A stretch of DNA of 64,000 nucleotides, from positions 251,102,001-251,166,000 of the forward strand of contig NC_086097.1 of NCBI RefSeq assembly GCF_963921235.1, read 5' to 3'. Below are positions 51,201 to 63,095 of the stretch, piece after piece; position 1 is the stretch's first letter; every line of letters starts with the position of its first letter. The translations under genes were made by a program, and so were the position numbers. This stretch comes from Mobula hypostoma (lineage: Eukaryota). The notes under the pieces were generated by a model. The model was not told the origin of the DNA and made no database searches. It saw nothing but the letters and a program-made list of their open reading frames with translations.

Positions 51201-52431
51201 GCACCTAACTTAACCCTACAGTCACTGAATGAAAATATTGCATCTTCCTGAGCTAAAACATGGATATAACTTAGCAATTGGTCATCATAAGTATTCTCCA
51301 ATCATTTATAACTGGCACTTTACACCACTTTAAACTGCAATGGCAATTAAAGTGACACCAATTTACAAAGTAACATTCACACAACATGCTGGAAGAACTC
51401 AACAGATCAGGCAGCATCTATGGAAAGGAATAAAGTGTCCACTCAAGACCCTTCCTTTCTACACTGGGTGAGGACTCTTGACCCGAAATATCAGTCCTTT
51501 ATTCCTTTCCAAAGATGCTACCTGACCTGTTGAGTTCCTCCAGCATCTTCTGTATGTTACACTGGATTTCCAGCATCTGCAAAATCCAGAAGACCAATGA
51601 ATGCATCCTCCAAATTGTTTACCAACATACAACTGTGGTTCCATGTATTTTTCCCTTAAAAGTTAATTTGTTTTTGTGGTTGAAAAGTATTTAGATATAC
51701 AGTGGATTCCAGTTAATTGGGGAATCAGTTAATCGGGGTAGCTATTTATTTGGGCCAACGCTGAGAAAACAAAAATTAAGAAAATAGCTGGGATTCCCTT
51801 AATATATTTGGGACATTATTCTGCTTAATTGGGGCAGGAGACTGTTGTCAGTTTGTAACTGGCTTCAGCCACATGCACTTAGGCCATAAGACATAGGAGC
51901 AGAAGTAGGCCATTCAGCCTATCAAGTCTGCTCCGCCATTCAATCATGGGCTGATCCAATTCTTCCAGTAATCCCCACTCCTCTGCCTTCACCCCATACC
52001 TTTCGATGCCCTAGCTAATCAAGAACCTATCTATCTCTGCCTTAAACTGTGAAGGAAGGCAGTTTTTGTTTTAAAACTTGGAGTGCCAGAAGGGCGAGAC
52101 TGCGCAGGCGCGTGACGTCAGCAGGACCGCGCGGAGAGTTTAAAAAGGCGACCAACCTATACAGCGGGCAGCTGTCGGAGCGGGCAGCGGAGTGAGCGGT
52201 ACCAGAGTGTAGGGCTTTGGCTTCAACGGGCTTCAGCGGTAAACGGGAAGAGGTGAGAGCAAAGCACCAACTCTTTTTTCTCTCCCCCCCCCACCCCTTT
52301 CGCAAATCAGCCCGGACAGACAGGAACAGCAGGGCTCTCACAGCTAACGGCTTAAAAAGTTTGTCTGTTTGGCGAGGTAAGTGGGCGAATAGACTTATTT
52401 TTCCTGTTTCATTCGTGTAGAATTAGATAGC

Positions 52432-53367
52432 ATGCCTGCAGGGTTAGTGCTTTGTTCAGGGTGTCAGATGTGGGAATCCTGGGAGACCTCCAGCCTCCCT
52501 GATGGCCACATCTGCGCCAGGTGCACCGAGTTGCAGCTCCTCAGAGACCGTGTTAGGGATCTGGAGCTGCAGCTTGATGACCTACTGCTTATCAGGGAAA
52601 GTGAAGAGGTGATAGACCGGAGCTACAGGGAAGTAGTCATCCCGAGGCTACAGGAGTCAGAACACTGGGTCACTGTCAAGCGAGGGAATGGAAATGCCCG
52701 GATAGTGGAGAGCACCCCTGTGGCTGTCCCCCTCAGCAACAAATATCTTGTTCTGGATGCTGTTGAGGGGGATGACCTGACAGGGGATGCCCACGGTGAC
52801 CGGGTCTCTGGCACTGAGCCTGGCACTGTTGTGCAGGACAGAAGGAGGGAGAAGAGAAATGCGGTAGTCGTGGGGGATTCCATAGTCAGGGGAACAGACA
52901 GGAGATTCTGTGAGCCTGACAGAGATACCCGCATGGTGTGTTGCCTCCCAGGTGCCAGGGTACGGGATGTCTCGGATCGGGTCCTGAATATTCTAAAGGG
53001 GGAGGGTGAGCAGCCAGTTGTCTTGGTACATGTTGGTACTAATGACATAGATAGGACAAAGGAGGAGGTCCTGAAGAGAGATTTCCAGGAGTTAGGAAGG
53101 AAGCTGAGAAGCAGGACCTCCAGGGTAGTAATCTCCGGATTGCTACCTGTGCCACGTGCTAGCGAGGGCAAGAGTAGTCGGATCAGGCAGATGAATGCCT
53201 GGCTGAGGGACTGGTGTAGGGGGCAGGGCTTCAGATTCTTGGATAATTGGGATCTCTTCTGGGGAAAGTATGACCTGTTCAAAAAGGACAGGTTACACCT
53301 GAACCCGAAGGGGACCAATCTCCTGGCGGGCAAGTTTAATAGAGCTGTTAGGGAGGGTTTAAACTAA
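52432..53367 (+). CDS. CR1 ORF1p: zinc finger + coiled coil + SGNH/GDSL esterase domain (intact, 311 aa)
   Basis: CSGC...CARC zinc finger, LQLLRDRVRDLELQLDDL coiled coil, SGNH blocks VVVGDS / PGA / GTND / DRLH. Confidence 0.93.
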   Translation: MPAGLVLCSGCQMWESWETSSLPDGHICARCTELQLLRDRVRDLELQLDDLLLIRESEEVIDRSYREVVIPRLQESEHWVTVKRGNGNARIVESTPVAVPLSNKYLVLDAVEGDDLTGDAHGDRVSGTEPGTVVQDRRREKRNAVVVGDSIVRGTDRRFCEPDRDTRMVCCLPGARVRDVSDRVLNILKGEGEQPVVLVHVGTNDIDRTKEEVLKRDFQELGRKLRSRTSRVVISGLLPVPRASEGKSSRIRQMNAWLRDWCRGQGFRFLDNWDLFWGKYDLFKKDRLHLNPKGTNLLAGKFNRAVREGLN

Positions 53368-56339
53368 TTTGGCAGGGGGGTGGGAAACGGAATGATAGAG
53401 CAGAGGAAGGGGAAAACAGAAATAAGTCTAAGATAGTGAGCAGTAAAGATGTCAGGAAAGACAGGCAGGTGATGGGGCAAATGTGTAGCCATTGGGGTGA
53501 GTTGCAGTGCAATAAAGTTGCAGTGAAATCAAAGCAAAAAGTATCAAATACTGGTCTTAAGGTGTTGTACTTAAATGCACGCAGCATAAGGAATAAGGTG
53601 GATGATCTTGTTGTACAGCTACAGATTGGCAGGTATGATATTGTGGCCATCACTGAGACCTGGCTAAAGGATGCATGTCTCTGGGAGCTGAACGTCCAAG
53701 GATACATGGTGTATCGGAAGGATAGGAAGGTAGGCAGAGGGGGAGGCGTGGCTTTATTGGTAAGAAATGATATTAAATCATTAGAAAGAGATGATATAGG
53801 ATCGGAAGGTGCAGAATCTTTACGGGTTGAGCTAAGGAATAGCAGGGGTAAAAGGACCCTAATGGCAGTTACTTATAGGCCTCCAAACAGCTGCAGGGAT
53901 GTGGACTACAAATTACAACTGGAAATAGAAAAGGCTTGTCAGAAGGGCAGTGTTATGATAATTGTGGGAGATTTTAACATGCAAGTAGATTGGAAAAATC
54001 AGGTCGGCACTGGATCTCAAGAGAGAGAATTTGTAGAATGTCTGCGAGATGGCTTTTTAGAACAGCTTGTTGTTGAGCCCACTAGGGGATCGGCTGTACT
54101 GGATTGGGTATTGTGTAATGAACTGGAGGTGATTAGAGAGATTGAGGTGAAGGAACCCTTAGGAGGCAGTGATCATAACATGATTGAGTTCACTGTGAAG
54201 TTATAAAAAGAGAAGCCGAAATCTGATGTGTCGGTGTTTCAGTGGGGTAAAGGAAATTACAGTGGCATGAGAGAGGAACTGGCCAAAGTTGACTGGACAG
54301 ACACTGGCAAGAAAGACGGCAGAGCAGCAGTGGCTGGAGTTTATGCGAGAAATGTGGAATGTGCAAGACAGGTATATTCCAAAAAAGAAGAAATTTTCAA
54401 GTGGAAAAAGGATGCAACCGTGGTTGACAACAGAATTCAAAGCCAAAGTTAAAGCAAAGGAGAGGGCATACAAGGAAGCAAAAATTAGTGGGAAGACAGA
54501 GGATTGGGAAGTTTTTAAAACCTTACAAAAGGAAACCAAGAAGGTCATTAAGAGAGAAAAGATTAACTATGAAAGGAAACTAGCAAATAATATCAAAGAG
54601 GATACTAAAAGCTTTTTCAAGTATATAGAGTAAAAGACAGGTGAGAGTAGATATAGGACCGATAGAAAATGATACTGGAGAAATTGCAATGGGAGATGAG
54701 GAGATGGCAGAGGAACTGAACAAGTATTTTGCATCAGTCTTCACTGAGGAAGACATCAGCAGTATACCGGACACTCAGGGGTGGCAGGGAAGAGAAGTGT
54801 GCGCAGTCACAATTACAATAGAGAAAGTACTCAGGAAGCTGAATAGGCTAAAGGTCGATAAATCTCCTGGGCCAGATGGAATGCACCCTTGTGTTCTGAA
54901 GGAAGTACCTGTGGAGATTGCGGAGGCATTAGCGATGATCTTTCAAAAGTCGATAGATTCTGGCATGGTTCCGGAAGACTGGAAGATTGCAAATGTCTCT
55001 CCGCTATTTAAGAAGGGGGCAAGGAAGCAAAAAGGAAATTAGGACCTGTTAGCTTGACGTCGGTGGTTGGGAAGTTGTTGGAGTTGATTGTCAGGGATGA
55101 AGTTACAGAGTACCTGGAGGCATATGACAAGATAGGCAGAACTCAGCATGGATTCCTTAAAGGAAAATCCTGCCTGACAAACCTATTACAATTTTTTGAG
55201 GAAATTACCAGTAGGCTAGACAAGGGAGATGTTGTATATTTGGATTTTCAGAAGGCCTTTGACAAGGTGCCACACATGAAGCTACTTAACAAGATAAGAG
55301 CCCATGGAATTACAGGAAAGTTACATACGTGGATACAGCGTTGGCTGATTGGCAGGAAACAGAGAGTGGGAATAAAGGGATCCTATTCTGGCTGGCTGCC
55401 GGTTACCAGTGGTGTTCCACAGGGATCAGTGTTGGGGCCGCTTCTTTTTACATTGTACATCAATGATTTGGATTATGGAATAGATGGCTTTGTGACTAAG
55501 TTTGCTGACGATATTAAGATAGGTGGAGGGGCCGGTAGTGCTGAGGAAACGGAGAGTCTGCAGAGAGACTTGGATAGATTGGAAGAATGGGCAGAGAACT
55601 GGCAAATGAAGTACAATGTTGGAAAGTGTATGGTTATGCACTTTGGCAGAAAAAATAAACGGGCAGACTATTATTTAAATAGGGAAAGAATTCAAAGTTC
55701 TGAGATGCAATGGGACTTGGGAGTCCTCGTACAGGATTCCCTTAAAGTTAACCTCCAGGTTGAGTCAGTAGTGAAGAAGGCGAATGCAATGTTGGCATTC
55801 ATTTCTAGAGGACTAGAGTATAGGAGCAGGGATGTGATGTTGAGGCTCTATAAGGCGCTGGTGAGACCTCACTTGGAGTACTGTGGGCAGTTTTGGTATC
55901 CTTATTTAAGAAAGGATGTGCTGACGTTGGAGAGGGTACAGAGAAGATTCACTAGAATGATTCCAGGAATGAGAGGGTTAACATATGAGGAACGATTGTC
56001 CGCTCTTGGACTGTATTCCTTGGAGTTTAGAAGAATGAGGGGAGACCTCATAGAAACATTTCGAATGTTAAAAGGCATGGACAGAGTGGATGTGGCAAAG
56101 TTGTTTCTCATGATGGGGGAGTCTAGTACGAGAGGGCATGAGTTCAGGATTGAAGGGTGCCCTTCAGAACAGAAATGCGAAGAAATTTTTTTAGTCAAAG
56201 GGTGGTGAATCTATGGAATTTGTTGCCACGGGCAGCAGTGGAGGCCAAGTCATTGGGTGTATTTAAGGCAGAGATTGATAGGTATCTGAGTAGCCAGGGC
56301 ATCAAAGGTTATGGTGAGAAGGCGGGGCAGTGGGACTAA
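53352..56339 (+). pseudogene. CR1 ORF2 (APE + RT), inactivated
   Basis: Frame opens after TAG at 53349; premature TAA at 54204 and frame breaks near 54300, 54630, 55040 and 56160. Confidence 0.92.
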
Positions 56340-59300
56340 ATAGGATAAAATGGATCAGCTCATGATAAAATGGCGGAGCAGACTCGATGGGCCGAATGGC
56401 CTACTTCTGCTCCTTTGTCTTATGGTCTTATAGTCTTAAATGCACCGAATAACTTGGCCTCCACAGCTGCTCGTGGCAACAAATTCCACAGATTTACCAC
56501 CCTCTGACTAAAGTAATTTCTCCGCATCTCTGTTCTAAATGGACGTCCTTCAATCCTGAAGTCATGCCCTCTTGTCCTAGAATCCCCTACCATGGGAAAT
56601 AACTTGCCATATCTAATCTGTTCAGGCCTTTTAACATTTGGAATGTTTCTATGAGATCCCCCCTCATTCTCCTGAACTCCAGGGAATATAGCCCAAGAGC
56701 TGCCAGACGTTCCTCATTTGGTAACACTTTCATTCCTGGAATCATTCTCTTGAATCTTCTCTGAACCCTCTCTAATGTCAGTATATCCTTTCTAAAATAA
56801 GGAGCCCAAATCTGCACACAATACTCCAAGTGTGGTCTCACGAGTGCCTTAGAGAGCCTCAACATCACATCGCTGTTCTATATTCTATACCTTTAGAAAT
56901 GAATGCCAACATTGCATTCACCTTCTTCACTACCGACTCAATCTGGAGGTTAACCTTTAGGGTATCCTGCACAAGGACTCTTAAGCCTCTTTGTATCTCT
57001 GTATTTTGAATTCTCTCCCCATCTAAATAATAGTCTGCTTGTTTATTTCTTCCACCAAAGTGCATGACCATATACTTTCCAACATTGTATTTCATTTGCC
57101 ACTTCTTTGTCCATTCCCCTAAACAATCTAAGTCTCTCTGCAGGCTCTCTGTTTCCTTAGCAGTACCCGCTCCTCCACCTATCTTTGTATCATTGGTAAA
57201 TTTAGCCACAAATCCATTAATACCGTAGTCCAAATCATTGACATACATCATAAAAAGCGGCGGTCCCAACACCAACCACCGAACTCCACTGGCAACCAGC
57301 AACCAGCCAGAATAGGATCCCTTTATTCCCACTCTCTGTTTTCTGCCGATCAGCCAATGCTTCACCCATACTAGTAACTCCCCTGTAATTCTATGGGCTC
57401 TTATCTTGCTAAGCAGCCTCACGTACGGCACCTTGTCAAAGGCCTTCTGAAAATCTAAGTACACCACCTCTACTGCACCTCCTTTGTCTACCCTGCTTGT
57501 AATTTCCTCAAAAAATTGCAGTAGGTTAGTCAGGCAAGATTTTCCTTTCAGGAAACCATGCTGGCTTTGGGCTACCTTGTCATGTTCCTCCAGGTACTCC
57601 GTAATCTCATCCCTAACAATCGATTCCAACAACTTCCCAACCACTGACATCAGGCTAACAGATCTACAGTTTCCTTTCTGCTGCCTTCCATCCTTCTTAA
57701 ATAGTGGAGTAACATTTGCAATTTTCCAGTCATCCGGTACAATGCCAGAACCTATCAATTCTTAAAAGGTCATTGTTATTGCCTCCACGATCTCTTCAGC
57801 TACTTCCTTCAGAACCCGAGGGTGCATTCCATCAGGTCCGGGAGATTTATCCACCCTCAGACCATTAAGCTTCCTGAGCACGTTCTCAGTCGTAATTTTC
57901 ACTGCACAAACTTCTCCCCGACACTCTTGAATGTCTGGTATACTGCAGACGTCTTCCACTGTGAAGACTGATGCAAAATATACATTCAGTTCCTCTGCCA
58001 TCTCTGCATCTCTTATTACAATATCTCCAGCACCATTTTGTATTGGTCCTATATTTACCCTCGCCTCTCTTTTACCCTTTATATACTTAAAAAGGCTTTT
58101 AGTATCTTCTTTGATATTAGTCACCAGCTTCCTTTCATAATTCATCTTTTCCTTCCTAATGACCTTCTTAGTTTCCTTCTGCAAGTTTTTAAAAGCTTCC
58201 CAAGCCTCTATCTTCCCACTAACTTTGGCTTCCTTGTATGCCCTCTCTTTACTATGGCTCTGACTTCACTTGTCAGCCACGGCAGTGTCCTTCTTCCATC
58301 TGAAAATTTCTTCTTATTCGGAATATATCTGTCTTGCACTTCCCTCATTTTTCGCAGTAACTCCAATCGTTGCTGCTCTGCTGTCCTTCCTGCAAATGTC
58401 CCTTTCCAGTCAACTTCGGCCAGTTCCCCTCTCATGCCATTGTAATTTCCTTTATTCCACAGAAATACTGACACATTGGATTTTATTTTTTAACCTCTCA
58501 AATTTCAATATGAACTCGATCATATTGTGATCACTGTTCCTTAAGGGTTCCTTAACCTTAACTTCACTCATCACTTCTGGATTATTGCACAACACCCAAT
58601 CCAGCACAGCCGATCCCCTAGTGGGCAAGCTGTTCTAAAAAGCCATCCCTTAGATACTGTACATATTCTCTCTTGAGGTCAGGTACTGACCTGGTTTTCC
58701 TAATTGACTTTCATGTTAAAATCCCCAACGATTATAATGACATTGCCTTTCTGACATGCCTTTTCTATCTCCTGCTGTAATTTGTAATCCACATTCCTGC
58801 TGATGTTTGGAGGCCTGTATACAACTGCCATTAGGGTCCTATTACCCTTAACTCTACAGTATAGTACTGTAATAGTATTGATAGTGTTCTAATTTGTTTT
58901 CGATTTAATTTAAATACATAATTTGTTACTCAGCTAAATAGCAGTCTTTTGTTATACCTTTTTAACTAATTCCATGAAAATTCGGCTAATTGGGGTAGCC
59001 AGGTAATTGTACTGGTCCCGATGTGTCCCAATTAACCAGGCTCCTCTGCATATTACATACATGATCAGTTGGGAGAAAACTACATCTAATAAAGGAAAAG
59101 TTAGGGCAGAAAGGTAGTACAGTAGCTATCATAATGCTGTTACAATGCCAGTGTCTTTGTAAGGAGTTTGTACGTTCTCCCGTGCGGATTTCCTACTAGC
59201 GCTCCAGTTTCCTCCACATTCCGAAGACCTACAGGTTAGTATGTGAATTGGTCATATGGGTGTATTTGGAATCACTGGGCCAGAAGGGCTTGTTACCATG

Positions 59301-61334
59301 TTTTCTTCCTAACCTGGGGTGCACGAACCCCTCAGTTAATGGTAGGGATCTATGGTATTAAAAAAGTTTACAAAACCCTGCTTTAAATTGTGCCAGGAAA
59401 GGAGAATTTGGATTGACACTCAGGGACCACTTTATTAAGTACACCTGCTCATCACTTTATAAAACTATACAGAAACGGTCAAGAACTTCAGTTGTTGTTC
59501 AGCCCAAATAGAAAAGGGAAGAAATGTGATCAAAAGTGATTTTGACCATGGAATGATTATTGGTGCCAGATGGGGTGGTTTGAGTATCTCAGAAACTGCT
59601 GATCTGGAATTTTCGTACACAACAGTCTCCTAAAGACTATTTCTAGTTGGCACTTCAGTGGGCAAAAACACCTTGTTAGTAAGAGAGGTCAGAGGAGAAT
59701 GGTCAAACTGGTTCAAGCTGGTAATAGTGACTTAAATAATATTGCATTACAACACTGGTGTGCAGAAGAGCTTCTCTGGATGCATAACATGTCAAACTTG
59801 AAGTGGATCGGGTACAGCAGCAAAAAACCAGCGGGACATTGATAGGATGCAAAACGGGGCTCAGAAGTGGCAGATGGAGTTCAATCCAGATAAGTGTGAG
59901 GTGGATCATTTTGGTAGGTCAAATATGATGGCAGAATTTATTGATCCTGGGGGAAATTGGTTTTCATTACAGTTGCACCATAAATAATTAAATAGTAATA
60001 AAACCATAAATAATTAAATAATGGTAAGACTCTTGGCAGTGTGGAGGATCAGAGGGATCTTGGGGTCCGAGTCCATGGGGCACTCAAAGCTCCTACGCAG
60101 GTTGACTCTGTGGTTAAGAAGGCATATGGTGCATTGGCCTTCATCAATTCTGGGACTGAGTATAAGAGCCAAGAGGTAATGTTGCAGCTATATAGGATCC
60201 TGATCAGACCCCACTAAGAGTACTGTGCTTATTTCTGGTCACCTCACTATAAGAAAGACATGGAAACCATAGAAAGGGTGCAGAGATTTACAAGGATGTT
60301 GCCTGGATTGGGGAACATGCCTTATGAGAATAGGTTGAGTGAACTCGGCCTTTTCTCCTTGGAGTGACGGAGGATGAGAGGTGACCTGATAGCAGTGTAC
60401 AAGATAATGAGAGGCATCGATCATGTGGATAGTCAGAGGCTTTTTCCCAGGGCTGAAATGGCTAGCATGAGAGGGCACAGTTTTAAGGTGCTTGGAAGTA
60501 GGTACAGGGAGATGTCAGGGGTAAGTTTTTTTACACAGAGAGTGGTGAGTGTGTGGAATGGGCGGCCGGCGGTGATGGTAGAGGCGGAAATGATAGGGTC
60601 TTTTAAGAGACTCCTGGATGGATACACGGAGCTTAGAAAAATAAAGGGCTATGAGTAAGCCTAGGTAATTTCTAAGGTAAGGGCATGCTCGGCACAGCTT
60701 TGTGGGCCGAAGGGCCTGTATTGTGCTGTAGGTCTTCGATGTTTCTAACCATGAACATACACTCAGTGGTCACTTTAATAGGTACAGGAGGTACCTAATA
60801 TGCACACAAGCACTGTGGGGAAAAGAGTGAAGCGTCACCATACTTCTGGCATCGACACAGCATGCCCGTAACTCACTAATCCTAATGCGTACATCTTTGG
60901 AATGTGGGTGGAAACTGGAGCGTCCGGAGGATTTTTAGGGACTCTGCAATTTATGTTCAGTGTATTATTTAATTTTTTTTTACTGCTTGCACGGTTTGTT
61001 CTTTTTTCAGACTTTGGATGTGTGACATGAGATTTTTCATGGATTCTACTTTGTGGCTGCCTGCAACAAGATGAATCTCAAGGTTGTATATGGTATATGT
61101 AGTTTGATAATAAATGTACTTCGAATTCCACACAGTCATGAGGAGAACGTACAAACTTACAGAGAGCCGTGTGAATTGAATCCCTGAGCTTATAGCTGCC
61201 ACTGTAAATTGGTTGCGCTAACTTCTACACTACCAAGCCATTCCATTTATACTATTTATAAATCATAAATTGTATTCATTTATATATTGCAAACACTCAG
61301 TATCATATTGAATCAATGGGCAATATTAACAAAC

Positions 61335-61657
61335 CTTTGGGCGCAGGAGGCGAGAAGAAGCGGTTTTGACTGTGAAACACACCTCGTCCCCTATTCCCAG
61401 AGAACCCACCACGAGGAGCTTTCTGCAGCCCTTTATTTGCCCTCTTTGGCGGAGGCGGCCCAGAGGAAGGAACGTCTTTGCATTCTGCGGCAACAAAATC
61501 GTCCACATGCATTGAGGGCGGTCTGCTTGTATTCTGCTTCCGTTGTCTGAATATATCGTGAGGTCGGCAATTCGGCCCAAATCCCCCTCTGCCTCGTCCT
61601 CGTGGAGGTGGTACCACGTGAGCACGTTTAGCGGGCTCTATATATTCTGATTTTCCA
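61335..61657 (-). CDS. VIRMA: VIRMA, 3rd-from-last exon
   Basis: tag|T GGA AAA...CCC AAA G|gtttgt; GKSEYIEPAKRAHVVPPPRGRGRGGFGPNCRPHDIFRQRKQNTSRPPSMHVDDFVAAE..., includes the NTSRPPSMHVDDF virilizer motif; 323 nt, phases 2/1. Confidence 0.96.
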
Positions 61658-62928
61658 CTATAATGTAGATAAAAATCACAGAAAATTTGAAAATAGTTCT
61701 ACAATGTTCTACTATTCAAATTACTACATAGCACCATAAGACACAGGAACAGAATTAGGCTATTCAGCCAGTTGGGTCTGCTCCACCATTCCATCATGGC
61801 TGATTTATTATTAAAGAGAAATTTCTTTAGCCAGAGTGTGTGAATCTGAGGATTTTCTTGCCATAGACGGCTGTGGAGGCCAAGTCATTGGGTATATTGA
61901 AAGCAGAGGTTGATAGGTTCTTGATTAGTCAGGGTGTCAAAGGTTACGGGAAGAAGGGAGGGGAATGGGGTTGAGAGGGATAATAAATCAGCCATGGTAA
62001 AATGGTGAAGTAGGCTTGAAGGCCTAATCCTGCTCCTATGGTCTTAAGGGTAAGATGGAAACCAAAGCAGGGAATGGAAAAAGGGAGAAGAGGGGGAGGT
62101 GGGGAAGAAATTACTGAGAGATGGAGAAATCATGTCGTAAGCTTGGATGTTACCCAGACGTGGAGTATGAGGTGTTGTTCCTCCAACTGAGTGTGGCCTC
62201 ATCGTGCTCACAAACCAAGATGGACAACAAAATGAATCCCTGGAGCATTCAAATGGCTTCTCACTACCAGCTACTTTCAAGGGGTTTTAGCTGTTTAGCT
62301 TGTTATCTCCTGGGTAATCAGTACAAATCACATTTAAATGAGTGAACTTAGTCTCAACATGCTGCATAGACTGCTAAAGGTTTTCAGCATTTCATTTTTA
62401 ACTTGGGACTTCTGGCATCTGTAGTTTTTAATATTCAAATGACTGAAGACTAGATAAGAGTGGACGTGAGAAGTTGTTTCCAAAAAAGATGATCAGAAAA
62501 GTGGTCCATATTTCCAGCTTAACTGGAAATAAGCCATACATTACAAGAAAACTATTTTCACATTGCAATAATATGGCTAGGAAAGTGGAAATTACTTGAA
62601 CCTTATTCAGTTCAGAGGGAAGAAACAGAAGTTTTAATGTTTTTTAGAATATATGTTTTTGATAAAACTAGTCAAAAGTGAGTAGTGGGATAAGAGAACC
62701 ACCTTAAGGAGTTAAAAAGTTCTCTCTACAAACATGGAGATGTGAATTTTGAGTGCACACAACTGGCACATCAATATGGGATAACAGATAACCAAAAGCC
62801 AAGTCTAAACTGGTTTTATATTCATACAATATGTATAAATGTACGGCACCAACAGAAGATTCAATTTATTTTCCTGTTTCTTAACCGTGTATATCAAATG
62901 AAAGCTGTTAAGTTTATTGACATCTCAC

Positions 62929-63095
62929 CTGGAAGTAATGAAGGTCTCGTGTTTATGTTTTCCCAATTTAAAGCCCTTGGACACCTTGGCTCTACCAGGG
63001 GAGGGTGGCTCTGAAAGGAAAGATCTCTCCAATTCCGCCTTCAAATCCATATCACAGCAGCACTTTTCAGCCAAGTCAATCAAGTCAACCTTGAC
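62929..63095 (-). CDS. VIRMA: VIRMA (virilizer-like m6A methyltransferase associated), 4th-from-last exon
   Basis: Minus strand ttctttgtag|GTCAAG...TCCAG|gtgaga; VKVDLIDLAEKCCCDMDLKAELERSFLSEPPSPGRAKVSKGFKLGKHKHETFITS(S), recognisable as vertebrate VIRMA; 167 nt, phases 0/2. Confidence 0.95.

Larger units (their letters stand above)
52047..56434 (+). mobile_element. Near full-length CR1 LINE (5' UTR, ORF1, disrupted ORF2, TCTTATGG tail)
   Basis: TSD CTTAAA at 52041 and 56435; GC-rich 5' UTR; APE motifs (YLNARSI, ITETW, YRPP, GDFN, SDH) and RT motifs (PQGSVLGP, FADD) spread over several frames. Confidence 0.96.
51882..58850 (-). mobile_element. 5'-truncated CR1 on minus strand, split by the + strand CR1
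   Basis: 3' tail at 51882-52046 continues at 56435-58850 (RT ORFs 56587-58474, APE remnant to about 58850). Confidence 0.92.
51700..59048. mobile_element. Tigger/pogo-like DNA element split by nested CR1s
   Basis: Left end TA-CAGTGGATTCCAGTTAATTGG, right end CCAATTAACCAGGCTCCTCTG (diverged inverted repeat); own sequence only at 51700-51881 and about 58851-59048. Confidence 0.65.

Noticed and set aside
52623..53333. 236-aa antisense ORF
   Set aside because: Shadow frame of CR1 ORF1, with no recognisable motifs.
52432..53367. Host or horizontally acquired GDSL esterase gene
   Set aside because: It is the usual esterase-type ORF1 of a CR1, lying inside the TSD-bounded element.
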